Assembly (NCBI GenBank): GCA_050011435.1
Contig: JBEKJC010000001.1
Span: 85,556 to 149,555 of the forward strand
Reading direction: 5' to 3'
Source of the DNA: Candidatus Binataceae bacterium
GTDB lineage: Bacteria > Desulfobacterota > Binatia > Binatales > Binataceae
Length of the DNA: 64,000 bases
The notes beneath the pieces were generated by a model. That model did no database searches, had not been told where the DNA came from, and worked only from the letters and a program-made list of their open reading frames with translations. The position numbers and the translations under genes are program-made. Below, one piece after another: positions 19,837 to 29,325 of this stretch (the stretch's first letter is position 1; each line of letters begins with the position of its first letter).

Positions 19837-20778
19837 TCAGCCAAGCGCCATATACTCGCCGTATAGCGAATCCGAGATGTTCGAACATTCCTGCTCCACC
19901 TTGAGCAGAAATTCGTGCAGCCCCTCGCTAATCGCCTGGCTGGCGCTACTGGTACGCAGCAGCGCGAGCAGGCTGTCCGAGACCAGTTGATGGGATATAT
20001 GAGAGGCGCCCTGCGCGGCCACGCGTTCCACCGCCGCCGCCAGCCGCTCCGCACTGAAGCGCGCCGACCGCGGAAAGTTCGGATCGAACAGCAGGATCTC
20101 CACTACCCGATCGACGCGAATCGAATAGCCATAAAGTTTCCGAAATGCTTCCAGCGCCGACGCGCTGCGCAATACTGCCGCCCATTGACGCCCGTCCGAC
20201 GGTCCGCCGATATCCTCTAGTTGCGGAAGCAAATAGTGGTACTTCACATCGAGCAGCCGCGCGACGTTGTCCGCCCGCTCCAGCATCGTCCCGATCTCAA
20301 GGAAATCGTACGAAAGATCCCGCGGCATCGTGCTGCGGATAATTCCCGTAATCGAGTAAAAGTGATTGCGCAGATCCGTGAAGAAAGTCGAAAACCCCTC
20401 GCTCGCGAGCAATCCCGGCGACCAGTTCCGCGAGTCCAGGTATAGCTCGTTCATCTGCAGCCACATCTCCGACGAGATGCTATTGCGCAGCGCGCTCAAA
20501 TTCGTCCGCGCCGCTTCGATACAACTGCGAATCGACGACGAGTTCTCGCGATCGAACGTGAAAAAATCGACCACCGACGCCTCGTCCGCATGCGCATAGC
20601 GCTGCGCGAACAGCTCGCGCTCGCCGGTTATCCCGAGCAGCGGCTCCCACGGATCGGCCGCGCGCGGCGGCACCTCGAGATTCAAATTGTAATTGACGTC
20701 AACCAGCCGCGCCCGCCATTGCGCCCGCTCCAGATAGCGCGCCGCCCAATATAAGTGATCTGCGATGCGCCGCAGCAC
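19837..20778 (-). CDS. Alpha-E domain protein (DUF403)
   Basis: 313 aa, N-terminus ADHLYWAARYLERAQ, helical. Lies between the circularly permuted ATP-grasp and transglutaminase genes. Confidence 0.7.
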   Translation of the reverse strand: MLRRIADHLYWAARYLERAQWRARLVDVNYNLNLEVPPRAADPWEPLLGITGERELFAQRYAHADEASVVDFFTFDRENSSSIRSCIEAARTNLSALRNSISSEMWLQMNELYLDSRNWSPGLLASEGFSTFFTDLRNHFYSITGIIRSTMPRDLSYDFLEIGTMLERADNVARLLDVKYHYLLPQLEDIGGPSDGRQWAAVLRSASALEAFRKLYGYSIRVDRVVEILLFDPNFPRSARFSAERLAAAVERVAAQGASHISHQLVSDSLLALLRTSSASQAISEGLHEFLLKVEQECSNISDSLYGEYMALG

Positions 20779-22253
20779 TAGTTTTCGAGCACCCAGGTGT
20801 CCTTGCTGCCCCCGCCTTGCGAGGAATTGACGATGAGCGATCCTTCGCGCAGCGCCACCCGCGTCAGTCCGCCCGGCAGCACCCGCGGCCTCGCTCCCAG
20901 CAGCACGAACGGCCTCAGATCGACATGGCGCGGTACCAGGCTCGCATCGCTACTCCCGGCCAGCGTCGGATGCACCGAAAGTTGAACCACCGGCTGCGCG
21001 ATGAACCCCGCCGGGTCGTGCTCGATTCGCGCGCGCGTCTCGGCCAGCTCCTGCCCGCTCGCCTTGGGTCCAATCACCACCCCGTAACCGCCCGAGGCGC
21101 CGGTCGGCTTGATCACGTAGCGTTCGAGGTCGCGCAGCACGTGCTCGCGCACTTCCGGGTCGCGCAGCAAGTGCGTCTCGACGATCGGTATTAGCGGCGC
21201 CTCATTGAGGTAGTATTTGATCATCCGCGGCGTGTACGCGAAGACCGCCTTGTCATCCGCGATCCCGGTGCCGATCGCATTCGCGACCGCGACATTACCC
21301 GCACGCAGCACCCCCGTCAGCCCCGGCACTCCCAGCAGCGAATCGGGCCGAAACACCACCGGATCGAGAAAGTCATCGTCAACCCGCCGGTACAGCACGT
21401 CGATTTGCCGCAGGCCGTAAACCGTCTTCATGAATAACTTGTGATCGACGCAGACCAGGTCTCGCCCCTCGACCAGATCCACTCCCATCTGCTGCGAAAG
21501 AAAGACGTGCTCGAAGAACGCCGAATTGAACGGCCCCGGCGTCAGCACCGCCACCGTCGGATCCGATGAACTCGCCGGCGAGAGTTCCCGCAATGACGCC
21601 AGCAGATCCGCCGGGTACCGCTCGACGCTGCGCACCTTCAGCGCGCGTATCAACTCGGGCATCAGCCGCGTCATGATCACGCGGTTCTCAATTACGTAGG
21701 AGACGCCCGACGGCGTCCGCACATTGTCCTCGAGCACGTAGAAGCGCCCGTCCGATCCGCGCACCAGGTCGATTCCCGCGACCGTCACGAACGCCTGATG
21801 AGGCACCTTGATTCCCACCGCCGCGTGGCGAAATTGTCCCGACCCCACTATCAGGTCGCGCGGCACCACCCCGTCTTTGAGAATCGCGCCTTCGCCGTAA
21901 ATGTCCGCCATGAAGGCGTTGAGCGCGCGCACCCGCTGGATCAACCCCGCCTCGATTCCCGCCCACACCTCTGCCTTGATAATTCGCGGTACCGGGTCGA
22001 ACGGGAAGATCCGCTCGCTGCCGTCCTCGTTGCCGTAGACGTTGAAGGTGACGCCCATGCGCAAAAACATTTCGTGCGCCCGCTCGCCCAGCTCGGTCAG
22101 CCGCCGCGCGTCCATCGACAACAGGTAATTCACCACGCGCGCGCATTCGGGCCGCGGACGGCCGTCGAGTTCGAACATTTCGTTCATCGGCAGAGTTGTC
22201 TCTACCGATGCCTTCAATTCCGGCATCTGATTGCTCAAGAGCTGTGCATCCAT
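20778..22253 (-). CDS. Circularly permuted type-2 ATP-grasp protein (DUF404/DUF407)
   Basis: About 490 aa from the internal start MDAQLLSNQ...; the family is conserved next to alpha-E and transglutaminase genes. Overlaps the alpha-E start by 1 nt. Confidence 0.75.
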   Translation of the reverse strand: MDAQLLSNQMPELKASVETTLPMNEMFELDGRPRPECARVVNYLLSMDARRLTELGERAHEMFLRMGVTFNVYGNEDGSERIFPFDPVPRIIKAEVWAGIEAGLIQRVRALNAFMADIYGEGAILKDGVVPRDLIVGSGQFRHAAVGIKVPHQAFVTVAGIDLVRGSDGRFYVLEDNVRTPSGVSYVIENRVIMTRLMPELIRALKVRSVERYPADLLASLRELSPASSSDPTVAVLTPGPFNSAFFEHVFLSQQMGVDLVEGRDLVCVDHKLFMKTVYGLRQIDVLYRRVDDDFLDPVVFRPDSLLGVPGLTGVLRAGNVAVANAIGTGIADDKAVFAYTPRMIKYYLNEAPLIPIVETHLLRDPEVREHVLRDLERYVIKPTGASGGYGVVIGPKASGQELAETRARIEHDPAGFIAQPVVQLSVHPTLAGSSDASLVPRHVDLRPFVLLGARPRVLPGGLTRVALREGSLIVNSSQGGGSKDTWVLEN

Positions 22254-22609
22254 GACCTTGCGTCCATCCGCGCGGCGGCAAAATGCCGCTATCCACGCTA
22301 CTGTGCGATCACGACAGCAAGTCGTGTGCCCCGCTCTATCCACGCTTCCGTGATTTCAGTGTCGCCGTGAAGCGCGTCGCATACCCGGGCGCCCGGGCAG
22401 CGATTCCGTTGGCGGGCATACATTTGCGCGACTTACGCTCCCGCGGGCAGGCCGTATTGCCCCGCTGCGGACGTGGCCCTGAGCGGCCCGTCCGCCTTCG
22501 CCGCTAAATCCGCGCCGAACTTTTACGCGCGGTCGAGCGCGGTCCGATTGTGCTTTGAGGAAGTGAGGCTGGAGACGAGCGGGTCGGTTCCATACAACCC
22601 GCGCATCCG

Positions 22610-23053
22610 TCAGAGCTCGATCCAGAACGTGTCTTTAATCCCGTTCGCGTACGAGATGCGCTTGGGTTTCACCCGCACCATGCGCAGCGTGTCGTTGCTG
22701 AAAAACGGCGCCTCGAACGGGTTCTTCTTGAGAAACGCCGCCTTCATCTTTTCCCATTCCGAGGTGTCGCGCGGGACTTCGATCGCCTCGCCCTGCACCG
22801 ACGCCCGCGCAATCTCGAACGTCGCCACCTTGCCGACGTCGCGCGTGTCCACCAGCACCGTCACCTTGGGATGTTTGGTCAGGTTCTCAAACTTCTCGGA
22901 ACTGAAGCGCATGATAAACAGCAAGTCGAGGTCCGCGGTCTCGGCGAACGCCTGCATGGTGCCGGTCGGCCACTGGTCGCCCTGCGTGATCAGTACCGCT
23001 ACCTGCTCCTGGCCGAACAGTTTCAACAATTTTTCTTTCTGCTCAGCGTTCAC
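22610..23053 (-). CDS. Pyridoxamine 5'-phosphate oxidase-like FMN-binding protein (general stress protein 26 family)
   Basis: 147 aa with split-barrel composition; slightly lower GC than its neighbours. Confidence 0.55.
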   Translation of the reverse strand: MNAEQKEKLLKLFGQEQVAVLITQGDQWPTGTMQAFAETADLDLLFIMRFSSEKFENLTKHPKVTVLVDTRDVGKVATFEIARASVQGEAIEVPRDTSEWEKMKAAFLKKNPFEAPFFSNDTLRMVRVKPKRISYANGIKDTFWIEL

Positions 23054-23153
23054 GGTTCCTCCTGCTCTGCGCTTCCCGTTATCAGCGGCGTAATCCTAAA
23101 ACGCCCGCCTCGCCGAGTCCATCCGATCCCCCTACGCCCTTTTGGAAGAGGTC

Positions 23154-23355
23154 GTTGAGGAGCGCGAAACTATAGCTTTTTCGGAAACTGAAACCTCACG
23201 AGGCTACAGACTTCCCATCTGCTTGAAGAGAGGACCGTTCTGCACACGATGCCGCCATTCCCGCAGGACTTAGCCGGCTTCCCGAGCATCGCGAGCAGTC
23301 CGAAAAGTCAGGTCAAGACTGTTGGGCTGCTCGTCAATCATGATGGTTTCACAAT
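23154..23355 (+). repeat. Composite interspersed repeat: module A GTTGAGGARCGCAAAAC(T)ATAGTTTT, degenerate hairpin, module B, and module C CGAGCAGTCCGAAAAGTCAGGTCAAGACTGTTGGGCTGCTCG
   Basis: Direct comparison with the other copies listed below. Confidence 0.8.
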
Positions 23356-23367
23356 TTCTTTTCGCCC

Positions 23368-23607
23368 CTACTTTTCGATCCGCAATCGCCAGACTCCATC
23401 CGCTTCCTCGATCCGCATGATTGCGTAACCCTCGGCCTCGGCCGCGCGCGGGATATCGCGGGCTCCGCGCGGGTCATCGATAGTCAGTTCGATCGTCTCG
23501 CCGCGGCTCATCGCTTCGAGCCGGACCTTCGCGTGCGCCCAGTTCAGTGGGCATTTGAGGCCGCGCAAGTCGAGCCGAATGATGCCGTCAGCGTCCATCC
23601 CCGTCAT
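23368..23607 (-). CDS. TusA-like sulfurtransferase
   Basis: 79 aa with the LDLRGLKCPLN motif; the conserved CPxP cysteine is present. Confidence 0.7.
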   Translation of the reverse strand: MTGMDADGIIRLDLRGLKCPLNWAHAKVRLEAMSRGETIELTIDDPRGARDIPRAAEAEGYAIMRIEEADGVWRLRIEK

Positions 23608-23619
23608 TATACCGCATAC

Positions 23620-23781
23620 CGCTCGCGATGCCTGGGAAGTCGGCTAAGTCCTGCGGCAACCGAGTAACGCAAGCCACCAACGATTATGAGATTTTTACAG
23701 GGCGTAGCCCGCATCTTTACCAACGGGAAGTCTGAAACCTCGATGAGGTTTCAGTGAAGCTAATGTTTTGCGCTCCTCAAC
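23620..23781 (-). repeat. Composite repeat in reverse orientation, with core hairpin GAAACCTCGATGAGGTTTC
   Basis: Reverse complement matches modules B, hairpin and A. Together with the 23154 copy it flanks the TusA gene in inverted orientation. Confidence 0.8.
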
Positions 23782-23855
23782 AACTTCTTTCAGGCGCGAG
23801 GGCGCTTTTGACGGCGCGCGCACGCCCGGTATATCTTTTAAGCGAGGTCGCCGCC

Positions 23856-24479
23856 ATGCCGTTTAAGATCACGATGTATTCCGATTTCATTTGCCCCTTC
23901 TGTTACATCGGCTTTGAAGTTTTTCGCAAGCTCAAGCCGGAATTCGATCTCGAACTCGACTGGCGCGGCTTCCAGATACATCCGGAATGGCCGGCGGAGG
24001 GTATGCCCGCGGCCCAGTGGCGCAACGGGATGGACGCGGACACGCGCCGTGCGATTTGGGAACGCATCAAAGCGATGGCGGTGGCGGCCGGCTTCGAAAT
24101 GAAGGCGCCCGAGACCCTGACCAATTCGCGGCTCGCACTCGAGGCCGCCGAGTTTGCCAAAGAGGCGGGTGCCGGCGAGGCCTTCGAGGAGCGCGTCTAT
24201 CGCGCGTATTTCTACGAGGGGCGCAATATCGGCAGCCAGGCGGTGCTCGCCGATCTCGCCGCCGACGTTGGCCTTTCGCGCGACGACCTCAATCTGGCGC
24301 TCGAGTCGAATCGCTATTCGCTGCGCCTCAAGAACAACTCGCTGATCGCCCACCGCAACGGCGTCAGCGGGGTGCCGACGTTTTTCATCGGCGACTATCC
24401 GTTGGTCGGAGCGCAGAGCGAGGACGTCATGCGCCAGGTGCTCCAGCGCGTGAGCCAGCGCCTTGCGGCGGCCAAATAG
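23856..24479 (+). CDS. DsbA/FrnE-like thioredoxin-fold oxidoreductase
   Basis: Starts MPFKITMYSDFICPFCYIG; CPFC active site. The upstream part of the listed ORF lies inside a repeat element, so the start is set at 23856. Confidence 0.7.
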   Translation: MPFKITMYSDFICPFCYIGFEVFRKLKPEFDLELDWRGFQIHPEWPAEGMPAAQWRNGMDADTRRAIWERIKAMAVAAGFEMKAPETLTNSRLALEAAEFAKEAGAGEAFEERVYRAYFYEGRNIGSQAVLADLAADVGLSRDDLNLALESNRYSLRLKNNSLIAHRNGVSGVPTFFIGDYPLVGAQSEDVMRQVLQRVSQRLAAAK

Positions 24480-24527
24480 CGAGCGCCAATCGTGGACCCT
24501 TACCGCAAGATTTGGCGGATTACCCGG

Positions 24528-24649
24528 GCGATGCGAGCATCGATCAATGATGGAGTTTTCACAGGGCGCAGCCCGCATCTTATAACGGGAAGTCTGAAAC
24601 CTCGTGAGGTTTCAGTTTCCGAAAACCATAAGTTTTGAGTTCCTCAACC
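24528..24649 (-). repeat. Composite repeat (modules A, hairpin, B, and the CAATCATGATGG module), reverse orientation
   Basis: CAGGGCGCAGCCCGCATCTTATAACGGGAAGTCTGAAACCTCGTGAGGTTTCAG...GAGTTCCTCAAC. Confidence 0.8.
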
Positions 24650-24677
24650 ACCTCTCCCGCAGCAAGTCCGGGGTAAG

Positions 24678-25475
24678 ATGATGATTCTCGATAGCTTCAA
24701 GCTCGACGGCAAGCTCGTGCTGATCACCGGCGCCGGACGCGGACTTGGCCGTGCGATGGCCGTGCGCTTTGCCAACTGCGGCGCCGATATCGTTGCCGCC
24801 GCGCGCACCGTCGCCCAACTCGACGAGACCGCGGCGCTGGTCCGCAATATCGGCCGCAAATGCCTCGTCGTGCCGACCGACGTCGGCAAGTCCGACCAAT
24901 GCAATGCGATGGTCGCGGCGGCGATCAAGGAGTTCGGCCGGGTTGACGTGATGGTCAATAACGCCGGCATCGGCGAGGATTCCTTCGGCAAGCCGATCGA
25001 GCAGATCACCGACGACGAATGGCATCGCGGCATCGACGTCAACCTCTCGAGCCAGTTCTATTGCGCGCGCGCCGTCATTCCGCATATGGTCGCGGCCAAA
25101 CGCGGCAAGATTATCAACGTCGCCTCCGGCTATGGCCTGCGTGGCGGTAAACATAACTATATGTATGCCTGCTCGAAGGGCGCGGTGCTCCAGCTCACGC
25201 GCTCGCTCGCGCTGACCTATGCCGACAACAACATCCAGACCAACTGCATCGTGCCCGGCATTTTTCCGCACAACGAGGCCATGATGAGGTTCTTCAAGGG
25301 CGGCAAGTTCATCCCGATCGGACGCCCCGGCCAGGACGAGGACGTCGGCCCGCTCGCGATCTTCCTCGCCTCCGACGCCTCCAATCATGTCAACGGCGAA
25401 CTCATCATAATCGACGGCGGCGGCTTGGCCGGCGGCGTCGTCCCAACCGGTGTCGCCCCCGGCAACCCCACGTAA
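24678..25475 (+). CDS. SDR-family oxidoreductase
   Basis: LVLITGAGRGLG Rossmann motif and YxxxK region. Confidence 0.8.
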   Translation: MMILDSFKLDGKLVLITGAGRGLGRAMAVRFANCGADIVAAARTVAQLDETAALVRNIGRKCLVVPTDVGKSDQCNAMVAAAIKEFGRVDVMVNNAGIGEDSFGKPIEQITDDEWHRGIDVNLSSQFYCARAVIPHMVAAKRGKIINVASGYGLRGGKHNYMYACSKGAVLQLTRSLALTYADNNIQTNCIVPGIFPHNEAMMRFFKGGKFIPIGRPGQDEDVGPLAIFLASDASNHVNGELIIIDGGGLAGGVVPTGVAPGNPT

Positions 25476-25616
25476 CTGATCGGTGCACTAATATGGTGAG
25501 TCTCGAATTCGATAAAAAATTCTCAGCCGGTCATCATCCTTTGGCTCCTTCCGTCATCCTCATGTACCGTCATCTTGGACGGCGGCCACCCTCGTCCGAC
25601 CGTCCCTGCCGACAAT

Positions 25617-25741
25617 CGAGCAACGCGAGCAGTCCGAAAAATCAGGTCAAGAGTGTTGGGCTGCTCGTGGCCCACCGTCGGCCTGGAATGCCGTGAAACC
25701 TCGTGAGGTTTCAGTGAAGCTAATGTTTTGCGTTCCTCAAC
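25617..25741. repeat. Composite repeat (module C, module E GGCCCACCGTCGGCCTGGAATGCCGTG, hairpin, reversed module A)
   Basis: Sequence identity to copies at 23282, 38610 and 41913. Confidence 0.8.
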
Positions 25742-25752
25742 CACTAAATTAC

Positions 25753-25797
25753 GCGCGCAGGACCGCGCGAGATCCTTCACTTCGTTCAGGATGACAC
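25753..25797 (-). repeat. Second repeat family: GTCATCCTGAACGAAGTGAAGGAYCTCGCGCGGTCCT (copy 1)
   Basis: Reverse complement matches 30551..30590 almost exactly. Confidence 0.7.
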
Positions 25798-25810
25798 CGG
25801 TGCTGAACGA

Positions 25811-26632
25811 ATGCGGCCTGCGGCAAGGATAGCAATGGCAGACACGAAGACGCTCCCCGAAGGACTCAAGGTTTTTGCGCTCAACGGCAAGGTCGCGCTG
25901 GTAATTGGCGCAGAGCATGCGCTCGGCCGCGTCGCCGCGCTCACGCTCGCCGAGGCCGGGGCCAAGGTGATGATCGCGTCGCAGGACGCCGGTACCGAGG
26001 AGGCGCTCAAGGAAGTCGCCAAGGCCATCGAAGCCACCGGCTCCAAGGCCTTGATCCGGGTCCAGCGCGCGGCCTTGCGCGCCGATTTGAGCGCCGCGGT
26101 TGACTTGGCCGTGACCAAACTCGGCGGCCTCGACATCCTCGTCACCGCACTCGATGAGCCATTTTACGGGCCGGCCGAATCCGCCGATGATTCCGTCTTC
26201 GACCGCGTCTTCGAGAATAACTTCAAGACCGCCTGGATGGCGTTTCAGGAGGCCGGCCGCGTGATGCTCCAGCGCGGCGGTGGCGTCATCGTTAACATCA
26301 ATTCGGTGCTGGCCGAGCGTGGCGTCCCCAACGCGACGCTCTACTGCGCGGCCAAGGGCGCCGTGCGCAATCTGGTCCGGGCGCTTGCGCTCGAATGGGC
26401 GCGGCGCGGCATCCGGCTCAACCTGCTCGAATGCGGATGGACGGGGGAGGAGGGCAGTATCGCGCTCGAGCCGGGCGACTTCAGCGAGAAGCTGATCAAG
26501 TACCTGCCCTATCGTCGTTTGCTCAAGCCCGAGGAAATCGCCGGCGCGCTGCTCTACCTGGTGTCACCTGCGGCCGGCTTCGTCACCGGCGAATCGATCG
26601 CGGTTGACGGCGGCCTCCTCTGCCGCGTCTAA
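25811..26632 (+). CDS. SDR-family oxidoreductase (divergent)
   Basis: VALVIGAEHALG glycine-rich motif and SDR-like length. Confidence 0.65.
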   Translation: MRPAARIAMADTKTLPEGLKVFALNGKVALVIGAEHALGRVAALTLAEAGAKVMIASQDAGTEEALKEVAKAIEATGSKALIRVQRAALRADLSAAVDLAVTKLGGLDILVTALDEPFYGPAESADDSVFDRVFENNFKTAWMAFQEAGRVMLQRGGGVIVNINSVLAERGVPNATLYCAAKGAVRNLVRALALEWARRGIRLNLLECGWTGEEGSIALEPGDFSEKLIKYLPYRRLLKPEEIAGALLYLVSPAAGFVTGESIAVDGGLLCRV

Positions 26633-26729
26633 CCGCGGTGGCGTCCCGCAAATACCCTTACACAGCCCAAGCGGTCCGGGGTTTTCGATCAGCCCGATGA
26701 AGTCGAGGTATCTTCGTTGCAGCTCCAGG

Positions 26730-26834
26730 GCGCGCCAAGGTGATCGGCTGGACCTGCTCGCGACGCTCATCGATGCCTACGAGCGCAAGCACTTTCCGAT
26801 TGACCCGCCGTTATTATTTCAGGACCGCAGTTAG
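26730..26834 (+). pseudogene. Remnant of a HigA-family antitoxin N-terminal segment
   Basis: ...QGDRLDLLATLIDAYERKHFPIDPP matches the conserved N-terminal helix of HigA-type antitoxins (EGDxLDVLxTLVEAYExKHxPI). There is no HTH domain and no toxin partner. Confidence 0.3.
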
Positions 26835-27179
26835 CATCAACGCGCTTTCCTCGAGCGCCTCGACCGCGTGCGGCGCCTCGCGATCGATCACGGCGACCAT
26901 GCCCGCATTCAGAGTCGCGCCGTTGAGGCGGATCGCTCCCGTTACCACCGTCAGCGCGACCGTGCCGCGCGCACGATGCTCCTTCAGCGCCGCGCCCGGC
27001 TTGAGCACCAATAGCGTGACGCTGAGCTCAGAATTCTTGGCCAGAGATTCCGCCGCGCGATCGCCTGCGGCCCATTGCGGTCCGCGTTTGAGGCGTGCGA
27101 TTTCGTCGGCGATTTTCAGGCTCGCGATACCGTCCACGGGATGACCCGCGGTCCATTCCGATTTCGTCGCATCAGTCAT
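26814..27179 (-). CDS. Cupin domain protein
   Basis: 121 aa with small beta-barrel composition; weak assignment. Confidence 0.4.
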   Translation of the reverse strand: MTDATKSEWTAGHPVDGIASLKIADEIARLKRGPQWAAGDRAAESLAKNSELSVTLLVLKPGAALKEHRARGTVALTVVTGAIRLNGATLNAGMVAVIDREAPHAVEALEESALMLTAVLK

Positions 27180-27227
27180 AACTCACACCTCGAACGATCT
27201 CTCGATTTGAGTGTATGCGCGGATGGC

Positions 27228-27998
27228 TTACTCGGCGAGCGGCGAGGCCAGCGTCAGCCCGCCATCCACCATGATAATCTGTGCGGTGACGTAGCGCGCC
27301 TCGGGCGTGCACAGCAGCGCGACCACCGACGCGACTTCATCGAGTTCCGGCAGGCGTTTGAGCGCCGTCCGTTCAGCCGTGACTTTCATCGCGCGCTCGA
27401 AGTCGTCGCCGAAGTAAATCCGCGAGGAGTCGCTGTCGATCATCCCGAAGTTGACGCCGTTGACCGTGATCCCGCGCGGGCCGAGTTCGAATGCGAAGTC
27501 GCGCACCATCGCTTCCATCGCGGCTTTCGCCGCGCCCAGCACGCCGTGTCCAGGCAGATAGCGCATCGAATCGATTCCGGAAATCATCAGGATACGCCCG
27601 CCGTCGCCCATGAAATTGCTCGCCTCCTGCACCGCCGCCACGAAGCCGCCCACGCTCAGGTTAAACGTGCGGGTCAGGTGATGCGGCTTGACCGCGAGCA
27701 GCGGTTTGAAGGCGGTGGCAGCCGCGTTGACGACCAGGATATCGATCCGCCCGAGTTGCCGGCCGGCACTTTCGACGAGCCCGCGCACCTGCGCGTCATC
27801 TTCCATATCGGCCTTGAGCAGGATCGAGCGCGGCGCGAGTTCGCGCACCTCCGCCAGCGTGCGCAGTGCGCTTTCCTCGTCGCGCCGATAGTTGAGCGCG
27901 ATCGTCGCCCCGCCCCGCGCGAGCGTCATCGCGATCGCGCGTCCCAGCCCGCGCGTGCCGCCGGTGATCAGCGCAACCTTGTCTTTGAAATCGAGCAT
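27228..27998 (-). CDS. SDR-family oxidoreductase (3-oxoacyl-ACP reductase-like)
   Basis: VALITGGTRGLGRAIA motif. Confidence 0.8.
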   Translation of the reverse strand: MLDFKDKVALITGGTRGLGRAIAMTLARGGATIALNYRRDEESALRTLAEVRELAPRSILLKADMEDDAQVRGLVESAGRQLGRIDILVVNAAATAFKPLLAVKPHHLTRTFNLSVGGFVAAVQEASNFMGDGGRILMISGIDSMRYLPGHGVLGAAKAAMEAMVRDFAFELGPRGITVNGVNFGMIDSDSSRIYFGDDFERAMKVTAERTALKRLPELDEVASVVALLCTPEARYVTAQIIMVDGGLTLASPLAE

Positions 27999-28123
27999 CC
28001 GACGAAGTTACCCGGTTGATCGATGGCTTGCCACAACTTGACGGTCACGGAGCGCGTCGTGTTTTCACCCATCGTTCACCTATGCAGAAGAGCTTTGCGT
28101 GACTGCGCCGGACGCCCGCTTCG

Positions 28124-28171
28124 TCACCCTGAGCAGTCCGAAAAATCGGGTCCAGACGGTTGGGCTGCTCG
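28124..28171 (+). repeat. Solo module C copy
   Basis: GAGCAGTCCGAAAAATCGGGTCCAGACGGTTGGGCTGCTCG. Confidence 0.6.
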
Positions 28172-28281
28172 AAGCGAACGGGTCCCGGTGTTGGCTACTC
28201 CTACCCGCACCGATTGCTCCACGGCCGGTTTCCGGTCATCATTCCCCGTCGAATCCGGTCGCACGCTCAAGGGGTGGATTG

Positions 28282-28630
28282 CATGGCAGTTCTGGACGAA
28301 AGCGCTTTTCAGTCTCGCATCGGCAAGGGCACCAAGGTCTCGGGCAAGCTCAACTTCAAATCGCCCGCCAAGATCGAGGGCGAGGCCGAGGGCGAGATCA
28401 CCGGCGACGATATCTTGATCGCGCAGGGCGCTATAGTGACTGCGCGGATCGCCGCAACGCGCATCACGATCGCGGGCTCGGTCAGCGGCGAGTTGATCGC
28501 GCGCGAGCGCATTGAAGTGCTCGCGACGGCCCATCTGCGTTGCACCATCAGCACGCCGAGCCTGGTGCTGAACGAAGGCGCGGTGTTCGACGGCGATTGC
28601 AAGATGCCGCGCGAGAAAGCGGCCGCCTGA
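28282..28630 (+). CDS. Bactofilin family cytoskeletal protein
   Basis: From the internal ATG: MAVLDESAFQSRIGKGTKVSGKLNF...IEGEAEGEITGDDILIAQGAIVTARI...GSVSGELIARERIEV, a beta-helical repeat pattern. The upstream part of the listed ORF is repeat-derived. Confidence 0.65.
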
Positions 28631-28725
28631 CGCGGCATTCCACGCCTGCGAACCGGCCGCGAGCGGCATTCCATGCCGCCGGTGGATCACGCTCGCGTTG
28701 CTCGATCACACTTTGCGCCGGAGGT

Positions 28726-29325
28726 TCAGGGTTTGGGCGCGACGAAATCGACCAGCACCTTATCGACGCCCCAACTGTCGCGCTGACGGATAATTCGCCC
28801 GGCGCTGTCGAGTTCGATCTCATCCGCATCGCCCATCCGCGCCTCCCAGGCCCAGCGCAGGCCGGCCTCGTCGCGGCGCCGGCAATTCTGTTTGAGCGCG
28901 GCGGCAACCAGAGTGTTCGGATCGATGATCGCGACCCTGCCGGTCCATCGCACCTGCCCGCGCGCGCGAACATGAGCGAGGATCAACGCGCGGAACAGCA
29001 CGAGGTCGGCGTCGATTTCGCGAAAGCGCCCGAGTTTCACCACGACCTCGTTGTGGCTGGCGACGGCGCTGACGCTGCCGCGCAAGGTTTCGCCGGCCGC
29101 CTCGTAAACGGCGCTGCGCTTGAATAGACCGCGGTTGTAGCGGACGCTCACGCGCTTGACGGTTTCATCGGCGTCGAGCAGCGCCTCGACCTCATGCACA
29201 TTGGCGCCATCGATGGTGCGGCGCGAACCGGTGATAGCGCCGGGGGCGTAGCGTTCTTCCTCGACCGCAAGTAGCGCGCCGTCGCGCCGAATCTCATAAC
29301 GATAGTCGCCGGGCGCGATCAGCAT
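28726..29325 (-). CDS. Hypothetical protein
   Basis: ORF with coding-like composition. Probable start is an internal Met (MLIAPGDYRYEIRRDG); there is no recognisable domain. Confidence 0.3.
   Translation of the reverse strand: MLIAPGDYRYEIRRDGALLAVEEERYAPGAITGSRRTIDGANVHEVEALLDADETVKRVSVRYNRGLFKRSAVYEAAGETLRGSVSAVASHNEVVVKLGRFREIDADLVLFRALILAHVRARGQVRWTGRVAIIDPNTLVAAALKQNCRRRDEAGLRWAWEARMGDADEIELDSAGRIIRQRDSWGVDKVLVDFVAPKP

Noticed and set aside
23754-23855. N-terminal 34 codons of the annotated DsbA-like ORF
   Set aside because: This segment is the reverse copy of the repeat (modules B, hairpin, A). The conserved protein begins at MPFKITMYSD at 23856.
25523-25918. 131-aa minus-strand ORF between the two SDR genes
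   Set aside because: It runs across repeat modules C, E, the hairpin and the second repeat family. Its translation is repeat-derived; similar spurious ORFs occur at 38449..38826 and 41742..42005.
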